A DNA stretch of 64,000 nucleotides from Octopus vulgaris (GCA_951406725.2 OX597817.1:167710001-167774000), one strand, 5' to 3'. Shown: positions 25,585 through 40,883, counted from the first letter of the stretch. The notes: generated by a model not told the origin, from the letters alone. Numbers and translations: made by a program.

Positions 25585-26361
25585 ATGTACATATATGACT
25601 GCAAAGTTTGAATCTGATTCTTTCTCCCGCCGGTCACACATATATGTATGTATACATTTGTGGCTAAGTGTAGTTTCTCTCTTCTCTTTATGACATAATG
25701 TACGCTATTGATGCAAAAAGAAAAAAGTATTATTTGGTCTGTTATCATCTGTAAAGATATACCCGATCATTGAAATGTTCGTGTTTCGAAGCGATTAGAG
25801 AAAAATATTAGCTTCCTTCGAAACTGATGAATGTTGGTGACGGGCAGAGCATCCCGGCAGTAGATAATCTAAACCTCAACCAGTTTAGGTTTGTCTGACC
25901 TTTCTAGCATGGAAACGTGGAGTGTTGAAACGAAGAGGATGATGAGGATGATGATGATGATGATGATGGATTTATATGTGTGGGTGGGAGGGCGGGTGCT
26001 GTGTGATAAATAAGTCCGTTTTGAAATGCGGTTTTAGCTCCGCTCTTTTCTGCTATGGCTCCGAACTGGCCGTTGTGAGTGAATTTGTTTAGTGGAAACT
26101 GTGAGGAAGCCATTCATATAAGTATGTGTGTGTGTGTGTGTGTGTGTGCGTGCATGCATGCGTGTCTGTATGCGCATGTGTGTGTGTGCAAGCATGTATG
26201 TATGCGTGTGTGTTTATTTGTGAACGTGACTACGTCTCTTCCACTATCCATTCCTTATGTTTACGCTTTTAGACAAACGGCGTTGGTTTGTTGACGCTCC
26301 TGCCACTCAGCGGTACAGCAAAAATGTAATCGATGGAATAAGTACCAAACTTAAAATAAGC

Positions 26362-26421
<60 letters not shown>

Positions 26422-26828
26422 AGCTAACTGTACTCTGGGAGAGGGGACGACAGTACAGGCACAAGCGGGAATGCGGGTGGTATTCCAGGAGTTCAAGGGT
26501 ATCAAAATCTGATCCATGTCAGCGGAGGTGGACTGTTGTGGTTTCGTGAGTCTTTCTCTTAGTGAAACCTCAGGAAACCCTGCCACATTAAAGGAGTGAT
26601 CAGAAAATGCTTCAAAAGATGGAGATGGAAGCTGCAGAGAAAGCATCTGGATAGCTGTAGCTACTGAAAGGTCACCAATAGAATCAGTGGAATTACAGCT
26701 AGGATATAAGCCGGGACCTGATCAATCTCGTTCGGGCGCCCTTTGAATGAGAAACAGCCTGGATATAACTCTGATAGTAGGTTATGTCCAAGTATTGCAT
26801 CAGATTCTGATACATGTGTGGAATCTGT

Positions 26829-26962
26829 GAGGGCAGCTGCATCGAACTCTCTCATGCACCAGATGGCATTTGCTAAAAAGCATTCGTAATGTAAAATCAT
26901 GTAGCAACACCAAATGGCGGTGCCCCAGCGTGGCCATAGCTCATGAGCTGAAACTAAATAAA
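26829..26962 (+). mobile_element. LINE 3' end (…RAAASNSLMHQ…) of the same family as 48654-48859
   Basis: Nearly identical to the reverse complement of 48677-48810. The upstream 26419-26828 may belong to the same insertion. Confidence 0.65.
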
Positions 26963-29295
26963 ATTTTAAAAAAATATATATGTGTATATGTATGAATTAT
27001 GTATGTGTATATATGCACATATATGCTTGTAAATGTGTATATATTTAAATAAGTACACATACATTTATATACATATACATGTGTATAAGTGTATTGTGTG
27101 TACATATATATATATATACATACATACACACACACATATATATATATGTAGATAGGGTTACAATCCATGTATTTAATCTTGTAACTGATGAATTGGTAAA
27201 AGGTGATCTGTAAAGATTTTCTACATATATACCGATGCAACACCCATTTGGTCAAGATATATGTGTGATATAGAAGAAATAAGACCAACATTTTCCAGTT
27301 TTCCGTTTATATATATATATATATGGGATCCTTACATATTATACTAGTCCATTACCCGAGTCAATCTCTCTTATCCATCAAACACACAAGCTTGTCAAAA
27401 TGTGTCACACTGATATGACATAAGGTACACGTGCCTGTGAAATACGCAGCCATTTTACATGGTAATTTGACGAGTCGGAATTCCCGTTAAAACCAATGTC
27501 TGCTCATCATCCAAATCAACGTAGCATCTACCAGTAATACACTGTTTGGTGGGGAGTAAGTATGCACGCAAATTTATGTATAGATAGATAGATAGATAGA
27601 TAGACTGACAGGCGGACGGACAGGTAGATAGGCGCATGTGAATCTAGAAAGATATGCACACACACACACAACTATATACTTATATAATCTGTCAACATAT
27701 TGCATTCCAGAAACACAATCACCAAGAAGTACATATTCACATATATAGAATTATATGCATTTTCAACAGATTGCCCTTCGCTCACAAACACGAATACAGG
27801 CTTCTAAACTCGTCAACGGATCATTCCATTCACAGCGCCTATGCACACATTCCTAGACACGTACTATTCATAAAATATATATATATATATATATATTACA
27901 TCATATGACAAGTGAAAGGTTTCTGTGATTCCTTAATGAATGGTTGAATGGCCAACAAAAACTGCCTTATCTATATTAGGGTTGTTTTGTTTGATCCTAC
28001 ACATAATTTTCCTCTTCTTTATAATTAACAAATAGATAGGTCAACTATTACACTCTTTTCTTTTCTTATATCCTCTATCTTCTTCACTTCAGCGAGTAAC
28101 GGAGTTGGACGTAAAAGTGAGAGAAAAAGATAGTATGGGAGAATAAAGTAAAGGAATGTTGTAAGGTGGAAACCGTAACACAAGCTTCATTTTCTCGCAA
28201 TGTTTCAGGCTCAAATGCTGGCCATGTACATAAATATAACTATGAATATATTTTGCTTGCATTTTAAATCTCATTTTCATCTTTAAAAGATTTAAACCTC
28301 AACTTTATTGAATTTTCAGTGAAGCAACACTAGAATAAAGTATTCATTATTGAACTCACTTTAGTGTCCTTATTTTACATGTTTTTGGGGACATAAACAC
28401 GCCAACACCGGCGTGGTATACACAAACACACACATACCACGAGCTTCTTTCAGTTTCCATCAACCAAATCTCACAAAATTTTGGTAGTCCCGAGCTATTG
28501 TAGACGTTGCTCAATATATCACGCGACTGAACCCAAAGTCATATACTTGCAAAGCGAACTTCTTAAAAAAACAACGACGCTTTAGGGAAAATGTATTACT
28601 CTTATATTTTAGATTTTACCGCTCCACTCAAAGTGGAATCTTCAGAGCAGACAAGCTTAATTTAAAAAGTAAATATATCTGACAGTAAATATTGCTTTCT
28701 AAATTGTACAAGTGAATGGATTTAAAGTGATACGAAGGGGAACAATTTCGACGAGGGAAAATGGCGGAAAAAAAATATTTTAAAAATCACAATTTCGTTT
28801 ACCATAAATTAGAGTTAAAATAAGTACGATATTTTTTAAGTCGCCTGTGTACACATCACTTGCACATATTAACAATGCAATTTATATAATTCGAAAAACG
28901 TGAAAGAGTGAAAGAGAGGGGGGGGAAGAAGACTAGCATATAAATACATGCGTATGAATTGGAATACTTTTTCCTGTAGCATTTTTCTGCGAAATTTTTT
29001 CCTGTTAGTTATTACCCTTGTATTCGATGTGTGTGCGTGTGCGTTTTACTATATATACATATTGTAAAATAGAATGGATCAATTAAATTAGACCAAGGCA
29101 AATCAACAGCGAAGCATCTCCGCGTGTTTTGGCCAGATAGCTTATTCCGAATATTCCAGGTAATTTAACTATCCATATCAGTGATCAATGTAGAGTTGAA
29201 ACGGTGGTTCACTAGTATCATGTATTACGCAAATCCTAGAAGTTGTCGAAGGAATAATTGGTAAGAATAAATGGAATCGATAGTTTTGGTATTTT

Positions 29296-29576
29296 GGATA
29301 TTACGACACATGTTTCTGTAGCGTATTTATTTAGAATACAAGTGCATTATGTAATTTGACATGTAGCATTATGCAACATTACGTAACATTACATGTTGCT
29401 AAATATTTGGTTGTATATCACCTAAAAAATCACTTAAGGTGTATTACCTGAAGAGGTAGCGTATTGTGAAAACACGAACTTGCGTAAATTTACATAAAGC
29501 TGTATCATGGCACATGTTAGGTGACATAATATGCTTATGTTCTAAATAAATACGCTACGAAAACGCGTAGTAATCC
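29296..29576. mobile_element. MITE-like fold-back element
   Basis: Perfect 19-bp IR GTAGCGTATTTATTTAGAA (29318-29336 / 29540-29558) within longer imperfect arms. Confidence 0.55.
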
Positions 29577-29761
29577 CCCAAAAGACCCATTCGTATATAT
29601 CAATTCAATTTAGGTATGAACGTTGCAGTTTGCTTTAGAAAGCTTGTCTACGAGTATCAGCTAGCAGATACGATTATACCGCGAGAATCTTTGGTATCAC
29701 TGAATGTACGTCAGAAAATCTGTGAATATCCGTAGAGTGTGTATAAAAAATGTAATCAAGA

Positions 29762-30266
29762 GAGAGTGGATTTGAGCAACACGCTTTATTGAATCACATT
29801 ACAATCGTTTCATCACCACTTTACCATCAGCCATTGCCGAAACATTATTATATAATGTATAAAAGTACACCTCATATCATTATTATTATTTCAACAAGCT
29901 CTTTGTATCAATACCTGAAGAGATGTCACTTACCAATGTTGCTGAAATAATAATAATGATACGATGTGTCACTTTATATATTATATAATAATCTTTTCTA
30001 CTCTATGCACAAGGCCCGAAGTGTTTTGGGCAAAGGTCAATCGATTAGATCAATTCCAGTACGCATCTGATACTTAATTTATCGACCCCCGAAAGGATGA
30101 AAGGCAAAGTCGACCTCGGCGGAATTTGAACTCAGAACGAAATACGTTTCTGCCAGCTCACCGCCTTTTATATTATATAATAATGTTTCGGCAATGATCT
30201 GATGCTAAAGTGACGATGAAACAATTGTAGTATAATGCAATAAAATGTGTTGCTCAATCCATTCTG
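29762..30266. repeat. imperfect inverted repeat arms of about 95 bp enclosing a SINE-C fragment
   Basis: About 29762-29857 versus 30170-30266, e.g. ATTGCCGAAACATTATTATATAAT / ATTATATAATAATGTTTCGGCAAT. Confidence 0.65.
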
Positions 30267-30369
30267 TCTTTTTTGTTTTATATATATGTGTATGTGTGTG
30301 TATTTACGTATGTATATATATTCCATAATACCATGACAAAATATTATACGCATTAAACACACTGAATAC

Positions 30370-30547
30370 AATGTGTGGTAAGAAGTTTGTTTCTCGGCCA
30401 CATGGTTCCGGGTTCAGTCCCACTGCGTGGTACCTTGGACAATTGTTTTTAACTATAGCTTTGGGATAACCAAAGACTTATGAGAAGATTTGATAGATGG
30501 AAACTGAAACTCGTCGCATATATGATATGATGTGTGTGTGTCTATAT

Positions 30548-30597
<50 letters not shown>

Positions 30598-30835
30598 GTG
30601 TGCGTGTGACTTCGTGTCTGTGTTTGTCCCACACCACCGCTTGACAACTGGTATTCGTGTGTTTACGTCCCCGTAACTTAGCGGTGCAGCAAAAGAGACT
30701 GATTGGCTAAGTACCAGGGCTTTCAAAAAAAAAAAAATAAATAATAATAATAATAATAGTAAGTCAGTTCGTTCGACTAAAAATTCAAGGTGGTGCCCCA
30801 GCATGGCCAGAGTCTAATGACTGAAACAAATAAAA
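30370..30835 (+). mobile_element. diverged SINE family A copy
   Basis: Head GTGTGGTAAG…GGTTCAGTCCCACTGCG and tail GGTGCCCCAGCATGGCC…ATGACTGAAAC. Confidence 0.75.
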
Positions 30836-31960
30836 GAAAAATATAATCAAAGACTTGTGTACATCTCTGGCATTTCCTGTGGTTTTCTTTGAGAAGCCTT
30901 GTAGTAGAGATTATAATTGCACTTTGAGACAAGCAGTCTATTTTAATTAACTTGATAAAAATCAATAAAATTCTATTTTAAAAGTGTCCATTTTATTCCT
31001 TGTAATCTGTATTTTTTTTTTTTTTTTTAAGATTTGGTTGTATTTTTTTTTCCTTTTTTTTAATGTTACGTGGGTATTAAATTACCTAAGCGCATCATCC
31101 GAAACACAAGATATGAAACACGTGTTAAGGAAAATTGTATTATAAAAGCGATTTTGGTTGATCAAGAGAATCAATGAAGGAACGAAAAGTGAGAGAAAAA
31201 GAGAGTTTAGGAGAATAAAGAAAGAAAGCTAGCGAAGAAAGGAAGCTAAAACAAAGGGAGTATTATAGACAAAGAATTGCCTGTGCTATAAGTTTGCCTT
31301 AGACTTCTAAATAATGAATAGAAATGAGTAAACCAACTTATGGTCATCCTTGTATGTATATATGTTTGTGTGTGTATGTATACACACATATATATTACAA
31401 TTTATATTCTAAAGAATTATGGTAAAGCTCATTCTTTGATCAAGGCATTAATCTATGTCCTTGGACTACGTCAACACCCACACATTTCCAAAATGAAGAA
31501 CTACAACAGGAGAAATTCCACCAGCTACAATAAGAGCAATCACCCCCGCACCACCGCCCCCATCGCCCCCCCCGCTTTCTGATTGTTTCCTTTCCCCATT
31601 CCCAATGAATACTGGTTTATCACTTGGCTTGGCTTTATATTTTCCATGACCATGACCACCTCCACCAACTATTCTATATATCTCACCTTCGGCATCACCT
31701 TTGATGGTGGTGGTGGTGGTGGTAGTGGGGCTGTGTGTGTGTGCTGGTGTTTGTGGTGATGATGATGGTGATGGTGTTTCTGGTGGTGATGGTGGTAGTT
31801 TTGGTGGTGATGGTGGTGATGGTGGTGGTGGTGGTGGTGGTGGTGGTGGTGGTAGTGGTGGTGATGGTGGTAGTGATTGTGGTGGTGGTGGTGGTGGTGG
31901 TGGTGTTCTTAATGACCTGGTGGATATATTCTTTTACATGTATGCATGTATATATACATG

Positions 31961-31991
<31 letters not shown>

Positions 31992-32738
31992 AAATATATA
32001 TACATATATATAAAGGCGGTGCTCCAGCATGGCCACAGTCAAATGACTGAAACAAGTAAAAGAGTAAAAGAGTATATATACACACACACAGTTATATATA
32101 TGTACGTATATACGTTATGCACACACACACACACGTACGCAAGCACACACACAGACACGCAAGCACCACAAACCGCAAATTTATGTCTGTGTGGGCGTCA
32201 TACGTGTAGGCGGATAAGACGGATAGAGGAATACTTTCGTCGAACTCTATGTATGTATGTATGTATGTATGTATGTATGTATGTATGTATGTGCGTTTAT
32301 GAATGAATACATGATGTGTGCAAACGTCTAACACTGTAGCATCGAATTTAGGGGTATTTTGTTATTTAAATTGAGTGGAAGAAAATCGTATCAACGCCTT
32401 TCAAATGCACCGTATCTATAATTCCCAAACCCAGACTTACCACATTATTTGAAAACTGTTACACGCTGATTCCGTCTGTTGGTTACGTTAAGGGTACAAA
32501 GTGGCTGCGGAATACTCGACCAAATTGCACTGTATTTCTATGAGAAGGTAGTTCAGTTGTTCGAACAACTGGAAAACTCATCGTCGACGACGACGGAGAC
32601 TCATTCACATTTTACTCTTTACGTACATGTAAAAACTAAGACGTATTTTAAGGTTCAGTAAATATCAGATACATACATATACATAAAAATATATATTTAC
32701 ATACATACATACAAATGTAGATTTATAAGTGTGTGTGT

Positions 32739-32782
<44 letters not shown>

Positions 32783-33240
32783 TCGCTCACAAACGCGCGC
32801 GCATACAAATTGAACAGGTGTACAAATAAAGAACAATCGATATCTCATGTTAAATATGTATTCGTATGTTATCAGTTCAATGATCCCATGCCCATCCGTC
32901 AACACAGAACGCCTCACCCTAAACCCGTATCCGACGAGACCTGGAAGGTAGAAAAAAAATTGTCCGGTTTCACCTACCTCATGACTTAGACTATTAATAT
33001 TGATAGGAACTTTCTATCATTTGTAAGTTGCCACTTTCCGATTACATCTAGAGACCACAAACTTTTCAATGCGCATAACGTTATGGTGTTCTATTCCTGC
33101 CTTGATATTAATTCTAACATTGCATGTAGCATCAGTATGAAAGCGTTAATCCAGACAGGGGGGTTTTATCTCCTTTTTTCCACTCTCTCTCTCTCTCCCC
33201 CTTCTCTCTCTCTCTATGTATCTATTTTCTCTTTTCATTC

Positions 33241-33276
33241 CTTTCTGTAGACGGGCATCGGCCCGAAACGTCAAAG
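33241..33276 (+). ncRNA. minimal hammerhead-like motif, core mutated (CUGUAGA)
   Basis: Reads CTTT-CTGTAGA-C-GGGC-ATCG-GCCC-GAAA-CG-TC-AAAG. Stems I and II pair. Confidence 0.5.
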
Positions 33277-33370
33277 ACCTCTTCCATTTTCCCTGCGCAT
33301 CAAACTAATACACCTTGTTTGTTGTTCCCTCACCTGTCTCTGTCTTTTGGTTTTTTTTTGTATAATTTTG

Positions 33371-33416
<46 letters not shown>

Positions 33417-33425
33417 AATAATTTT

Positions 33426-33469
<44 letters not shown>

Positions 33470-33485
33470 TTTTTGTATAATTTTG

Positions 33486-33523
<38 letters not shown>

Positions 33524-34225
33524 AATAATTTTAAAATTATATATTATATATATATACTCTAGAGTACTATATAGTGCTCTGAAACAGAGGGTGGACAGAA
33601 CTCTAGAAAGGCTATGGGGCAGCTGTTGGTTGGTTGGTTGGTTGGCAGCGGTTTATCTGAAATCTTTATGTGGTAAGAGAGAGTATGGGTTATAACGTTA
33701 GCTTATCCAGCAGAACGTTTCTAAGCGCTAATTAGACATAGGAAATTGGCAAAACCTATATCTTATATCGTAAACAAGAAATAACTGCGTAGTTCGACTC
33801 TTGTTAGATAATTTGTTCTTGTTCTTTGTCTATCGGTACATATGAATTTAATGGAGTTAAAACATTAGAAATACGAATAAAATCATTATTCAAAACGAAG
33901 TGTTTACCAATGATTTCGAGCATATGCTCTTTATCAAGGCAGAGTGCGCTGAAATATTGAGTGTTTTTTTTTTCTTTTATTTCATAATATATATATTATA
34001 TATATTATAATATATTATATTATATTACGTTATATATTTCATATTATAGTATATTATATCAATGCTTGGGCTTATGTCGAGTTACAATAAGATTTTACAT
34101 TAAGCTAAAGGAATGCTCAATACTTTTTGTAGAGTATAGGTGTATTGGAAGTGCGATGAAGGCTTGCAAGTCGAATTTCTCGCACTTTCAACATTATTCT
34201 CGTAAAAGAATTATATATATGTATG

Positions 34226-34283
<58 letters not shown>

Positions 34284-34329
34284 CATATATATATATATAC
34301 ATATATACATGTATATATACATACATATA

Positions 34330-34364
<35 letters not shown>

Positions 34365-34586
34365 ACACACACATATATATATACATATATGCTCTCCAAA
34401 ATATATTGAATATATGAGTATCATATTATTGCATGTATGTGTATATACTTATATATTTTCATATATTTATGTATGTATAATGCGTGTGTAAAATCTGTAT
34501 TCATAACATACATACATACATACATACAAAACTGCCTTATAAACTCTCGCGCGCTTATTAACACACAATCTCTCTCACACACACGT

Positions 34587-34618
<32 letters not shown>

Positions 34619-35235
34619 ACACACGCACGTGCGTAAAGAGAGACAAGATGCAACACACACAGTCTTTTAAAACTAGGCTCCACCACCACCGACAAGGCAA
34701 AACAAAACTGACAGTTTGATTTTGAGAAGCATGTGTCAATAAACGTGGTTGAAATTCGGACACACACACACACACACACACACACAAGCCTTATCTAATC
34801 ACCAAAACTTTGTGAGAGAGAGTTGGACTATAAATACTTTCTTTCACATGGCCTTATTTTGGCTGCTGGGTGGTTTTTCGTAGCAGGGGGTGGTAGCAGA
34901 TGGTGGAAGGGCGAGACTTGCTTCTAACTAACGTGCAAGTTTGTTACGACGTAAAAAAAAAAAAAAAAAAGTACAAAGATAAAAATATGAAAATATATAT
35001 AACAAAAAAAAACAAATCATTTCCACCTCCTCAAGTCCTCCTCCTACTCCTACATCCTACATCTCCTCCTTCCGCTGCACAAGCTTCACTCTTTCCACCC
35101 CCCACACGCACCGACCACCATAAAAACGTGTCAATACAAGTGTTTCTAGAGTTTTTTGTTTTATTGTTTAAACGATATTGTTTGTTGTTTTTCCTTTTAT
35201 ATTTATCTCTATGTATACACACACACATACACGTG

Positions 35236-35276
<41 letters not shown>

Positions 35277-35572
35277 CATATATATATATATATATAAGCA
35301 TATATATATTTATATATATAAGCATATATATTTATATATATAAGCATATATATTTATATATAGGCATATATATATATATATATCATATATCAAAAGACGT
35401 TTTTATATAAATATGTGTGTATATATATATAAATAAATATATATATATATATATATATATCTGTATACACATATAGACACATACATATATACATGTAAAT
35501 ATGTATATAGATACATATATATATATATCTCTGTATATACACACATATATATACATGTAAGTATGTATATAG

Positions 35573-35651
<79 letters not shown>

Positions 35652-35718
35652 CATACCCGATGAGAGTGGGAGTGATACGTAGCATATACCTCACCTTATT
35701 TCTCACGTTACATATACG

Positions 35719-35779
<61 letters not shown>

Positions 35780-36190
35780 TGGGGGAGAGGGTGTGAATGA
35801 GAGGCAGGCAGACGTTGAGTTAAGGGAAGTATATTATGTGTCGCTCTCACCTGTTATATATAGTTTGTTATATTTAAAATATATCTATATATAGGATGTT
35901 ATTCTCTCACGTTCAATATATATACACATACATACATACACACACATAGATATAGTGAAAGTGTGTGAATACTTGAAAATATATAAATATATATTTGCAT
36001 GGATTCTATTTTAGTACTGAGTTTCCATATTAAAACGGGTGTGTCCCATTTGGAATTTTAACTATCGAATTGTATTATTTCTGTGAAGTGTGGTGAGAAC
36101 ACGTGAGTTTGTGTATTGGTATATATGTGTTGTGTATGTATGTGTGACTAATGTGTGTGTGTATGCATATGTATGTACGTATAAGTGTGC

Positions 36191-36271
<81 letters not shown>

Positions 36272-36499
36272 CATACACGCATACATTCACAGCCATTGAT
36301 CATATATATAACGTTAGAAGTACGTACAAAAAATAGTTAAACTTTTTCAAATAAGTTATATATATATAATGTAAAAGATATATTTGCAAATACACAAACG
36401 GACTGAAGACAGACACAGAAAGTCCCCAATTCTTCATCAGTTATCAACCAGATGGTATAACTGAGTTTCGCACCATTAATGATAAATATGCGTGTGTGC

Positions 36500-36554
<55 letters not shown>

Positions 36555-36620
36555 GCCATGCTTGATCGCTAAATTTGCAAGTGTTTTTTTTAATTCTCTC
36601 ACTGTATATTTTCTCTTATT

Positions 36621-36657
36621 CCTTTTTGATGAAGAGCGTAAGCTCGAAACGTAAAGG
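36621..36657 (+). ncRNA. minimal hammerhead-like motif, core mutated (UUGAUGA)
   Basis: Reads CCTTT-TTGATGA-A-GAGC-GTAA-GCTC-GAAA-CG-TA-AAGG. The downstream flank resembles that of the 33241 copy (…CG(T/C)CAAACTAATAC…). Confidence 0.55.
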
Positions 36658-37898
36658 ACTTTCTCACTTTCCCGAGCGTCAAACTAATACAGTTGCTTAT
36701 TGTTCATACACCATTATGATGGTAATTGTTTCCACTTTAGGTACAAGGCCAGCAATTTTAAAGGAAGGGAGATTTGTCGGTGACATCGACCTTAGTTTTA
36801 CACTGCCATTTTATTTTGACGACCCCAGACTGGTTAATTAAAGGCATATGTGATCTTGACAGAGGTTTGTGCTCGGGAACCGTAACGAAATATGCAAGGC
36901 TTTTTTATAGGAAAAGATCAACCTCATAAGATGATTTGGGTCATCTTATAGAAAACCTGGGTCACCCTGACACAGAAAGCCATACTCCGTTCACGCCAAC
37001 TTAAGAAGTTGAAATAATAATTATGGTTTTAACAAATTTGTATCGCTTTGGGCACGCCTGGGTGATTAAGATGTTCGCTTCGCAGTCAAGTCTTGAGACC
37101 GTAGGTTCGACCCCACCACGTGGTATCTTGAGTGAGTGCCTTTACTATAGCTGAGGCCGACCCGAGGCTTGTGAATGAAATTTGCGTAGCGTGAACCGTG
37201 AAGATACACGTCTGATGGACTGCATCTGTTATTCAAAAGTCCATCTTTGTTATACATTGGAGTCGCACTGATTCTTCCTGAGGATTACATTATGGGTAAA
37301 CGTGTCTACGGAATACTCAGCCACTTGATGCGTTAATTCAATGCGTGTGCCATTGGTCGGTTAGCTTTTTTGATGTACATATATCGAAATCAATAAGAGA
37401 GCCTGGTCGAGAAAATGGAATACAGTCCGTAATGCAGTAAAGCATGAAAAACCTAATAAGAAAAGCTTATGTAATGAAGGAAAAAAAACATTATCTCAAT
37501 GACTATGATGTCTCATTTTTGGCATAAAGCCAGAATTTTGAGGAGAGGGTGCAAGTCGGTTACATCGATCCAGTGCTCAACTGATATTTATTTTATCGAC
37601 CCCCTAGAGACTGAGAAGCAAAGTTGACCTCGTCAGAATTTGAACTCAGAACGTAACGAATTGGAAGAAATGTTTGCAAATCATTTTTTTTCCTCCAGCG
37701 CTTTTAACAATTCTCCCAGCTCATCACCTTCACAAGGATTAGTATTATTCTGTGATGTAACCCGGGGCAGCCTTTGAGTCTGTCGCGCTTCCTTGGCAAA
37801 TACAGCTTATATGGGCTTATGCAGCAGGCTCAAAAGTGCCGCCCCTCTATTGATATTATTTTAATCATTTCGACAAGTACGGGAGGCAACTGTAGACC

Positions 37899-37929
37899 GA
37901 CATGTTTCGCTCTTATTAGACATCGTCAG
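37899..37929 (-). ncRNA. hammerhead-like core, stem I not paired
   Basis: Minus strand reads CTGACGA-TGTCT-AATA-AGAGC-GAAA-CATG-TC. Confidence 0.4.
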
Positions 37930-38953
37930 CCAAGCATAAACTACAAACCATTGAAGTGAAGTAACCCTCTTCATCCTCTTATTGAACGCATCCCTTGACC
38001 ACGTATTCCCTTGACCCCCTAGTATTCAGATCACTCAATCAAATGTAATGCTTATTTATTGGTCGTCTATTTTTTGAATGACATTGCAGGGTAAGTGTGA
38101 AAAACCCTAAACACAAACCACAACGTCCTTAAACAGTTCGTGAAATGCAAGGGCCGTAAGAAATTACAATTTGATAATTCACCACTCACAATAAAAAAGA
38201 ATGTCTGTGAGAAAGAGGAGGGATAAAGAAGCAGACAGACAGATAGACAGTCAGAGACAGGGAACACAAGCATTAGCCCTGGAAACAAACCACTGTTATC
38301 GTCTGCAAAAATTGATTGATTGATTCGATTTTGTGTTTTTAATATATTTTTTAAGTTGCAGGCTTCTTTATACCAGACAGTACTGTTTATTCTTCTGTAG
38401 TATTGCGTAATAGTGGTGGTGATGGCCATAGTTTTTGCTAGCAGTGATGGTAGTGGTTAGTAATGGCGGTTGTTAGTAATGGCGGTGATTGAGATGGTCT
38501 TGTCAATAATAATAATAATAATAATAATAATAAGACTAATGGTGTGGGGGTGGGGGGGTTAATGGCGATGGTGGTGGTGGTGGTGACGGTGGCGGCGATG
38601 GCTGCGTTAGCAATGGTGATATAAGCCGATGGTGGTGGTTTTAGTAATGGTGATGATGATGATGGTGGTGGTGGTGGTGGTGGTAAGCCTTCTGAGTCAC
38701 TGTTCAACATGTGACTTGGCACGAGTAAAGGACAGTCGCCTTCTTCCTATGTATTGCGTATGTATTTGCGTGCGTATGTGTATGTGTATGTGTGTGTGTG
38801 CGTGTTTGAATGTGTTGGTTGTGTATGTGTGTGTGTGTGTATATATATGTGTGTGTGTGTGTGTATGTGCGTAACTAACTGATAAACGTGATGTTGGTTT
38901 AAGTCCAAACGGAAAACATGCCAAAATAATTAATCACAAACACGAACCATACT

Positions 38954-38985
<32 letters not shown>

Positions 38986-39199
38986 TATACAATCACGCAT
39001 AGACACACGCTTGCACACACATTCACACACACACACAAACACACACATATACACACGAACGCTCAGACGCACACGCACATTCTTTAACCCATTATGAAAG
39101 GGGATCAGACCATAGATTTAGTTCAGGTTACATAATACATGTGTGTGTGTATATGTATATATATACACACACACACGCGCGCACGCACGCGCTCATATG

Positions 39200-39234
<35 letters not shown>

Positions 39235-39497
39235 ATAAACACACGATACTTATATGTATATGTGTGTATGTGTTGTGATATAGATTAATCAATAGATATA
39301 GATAGATAGAGAGAGAGAGACCTATATATGTATGAATACACACACATACATACATACAGGTATATACATACACACACAAGCATATTTATATATATATATA
39401 TAAACACACACATATACAAATACATATACATACACACAAGCATATATATATATAAACGCATACACACACATGTAAAAATACATATACATACACACAA

Positions 39498-39535
<38 letters not shown>

Positions 39536-39576
39536 CACACACACACAGATAAAAATACATAGACACACACACAAGC

Positions 39577-39611
<35 letters not shown>

Positions 39612-39902
39612 TACATGCTTATATAAATATACTTGTACATATATACAAATGCTGGAGTGCGTGTCTCTGTGTGTGTGTGTGTGTGTGTGTCTGTGTGTGT
39701 GCATGCGTGTGTGTTTAAGTTGTTTGTGTAGAATTTTCTGTATGTGGGTGAGTATTAAAGTCACGTCTGACATCACATGTTGTGACACGTGAGGGCTGCT
39801 GCTGTTGAGTAATGCACTCCCTTGCTTTTCACTCACTCACTCTCTCTCTTACTCTTTCCTCACTCACTCGTCAGTCACTGCTTTCCGTTTCTTCCTTTTT
39901 CT

Positions 39903-39946
<44 letters not shown>

Positions 39947-40779
39947 CTCCCTCTTCTCTTTCTCCCTCCCCCATCTCCCTCTCTCTCTCTCTCAAGCACT
40001 TCGTTTGTCCGTGTGCGTGCGTGCGTGCGTGTGTGCGTGCCTGTCTGTATGTTTGCGTGTGTCTGTGTGTTTGCGTGTTTTCTGTTGCACTCAAAGTCGC
40101 CTTCAACTGTAATATGTATGTGTGTGTGTGTGTGTGTGTGTGTGAGGGTGTTAGCGATAAGGCTTACACCACAACCACCACCATCAGCATCATCATCATC
40201 ATCATCTTCATCATGATCATTACCATCATCACGTTTATTTCTGGAATATCTGCTCAACACACACAGAGATATTACAATCGTAGAAAGCAAATAAACTCAC
40301 ACGCATACACACACACACACACACATTTACAGACAGCCATAGACACTCACTCACATACAGACACACACACAGATACATACATACATACACACGTACACAT
40401 TATTGATGTCTGACATTACACGTGTTGTGTCACACTTTTTCAGATTTTGTCATGTGTATGTGTGTGTGGGTGTGTGTGCATGAAGGCGCGAATATGTGTA
40501 TATGTGTGTACTAGTATGCGTATGTGTACGTACACAAATACATACAACTATACACACACATTTACACAATATATATTATATTTGTTTTGTAATACAAACA
40601 AATGGATTTTAATAAAAAAAAAGAATAAAAACATATTTATATATTTCTTTATTAGCTGTAACGTAATGCTAACTACGTAACTCGGGGACTTGAGTTACGT
40701 GTATGGCATTTTCAAACTTTGAAAAGTTTGATGTCATAACCGACACGCTGGGCTCTTCCGTTGCTTATAGGACTGTACA

Positions 40780-40817
<38 letters not shown>

Positions 40818-40832
40818 ACACACACACATACA

Positions 40833-40883
<51 letters not shown>

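Noticed and set aside
29910-29960. CTGAAGA…GAAA hammerhead-like words (also about 29448 and 775-815)
   Set aside because: There is no convincing stem I or stem II pairing.
31701-32306. Gly/Asp-rich 201-aa ORF
   Set aside because: A (GGT/GAT)n trinucleotide tract plus a SINE tail. I found no splice-compatible exon.
33352-33545. Direct duplication of TTTTTGTATAATTTTGAAC(TA)nGAAATAAATAATTTTAAAAT
   Set aside because: It is bounded by (TA)n, so slippage or an assembly artefact is most likely. It is not a CRISPR-like repeat-spacer array.
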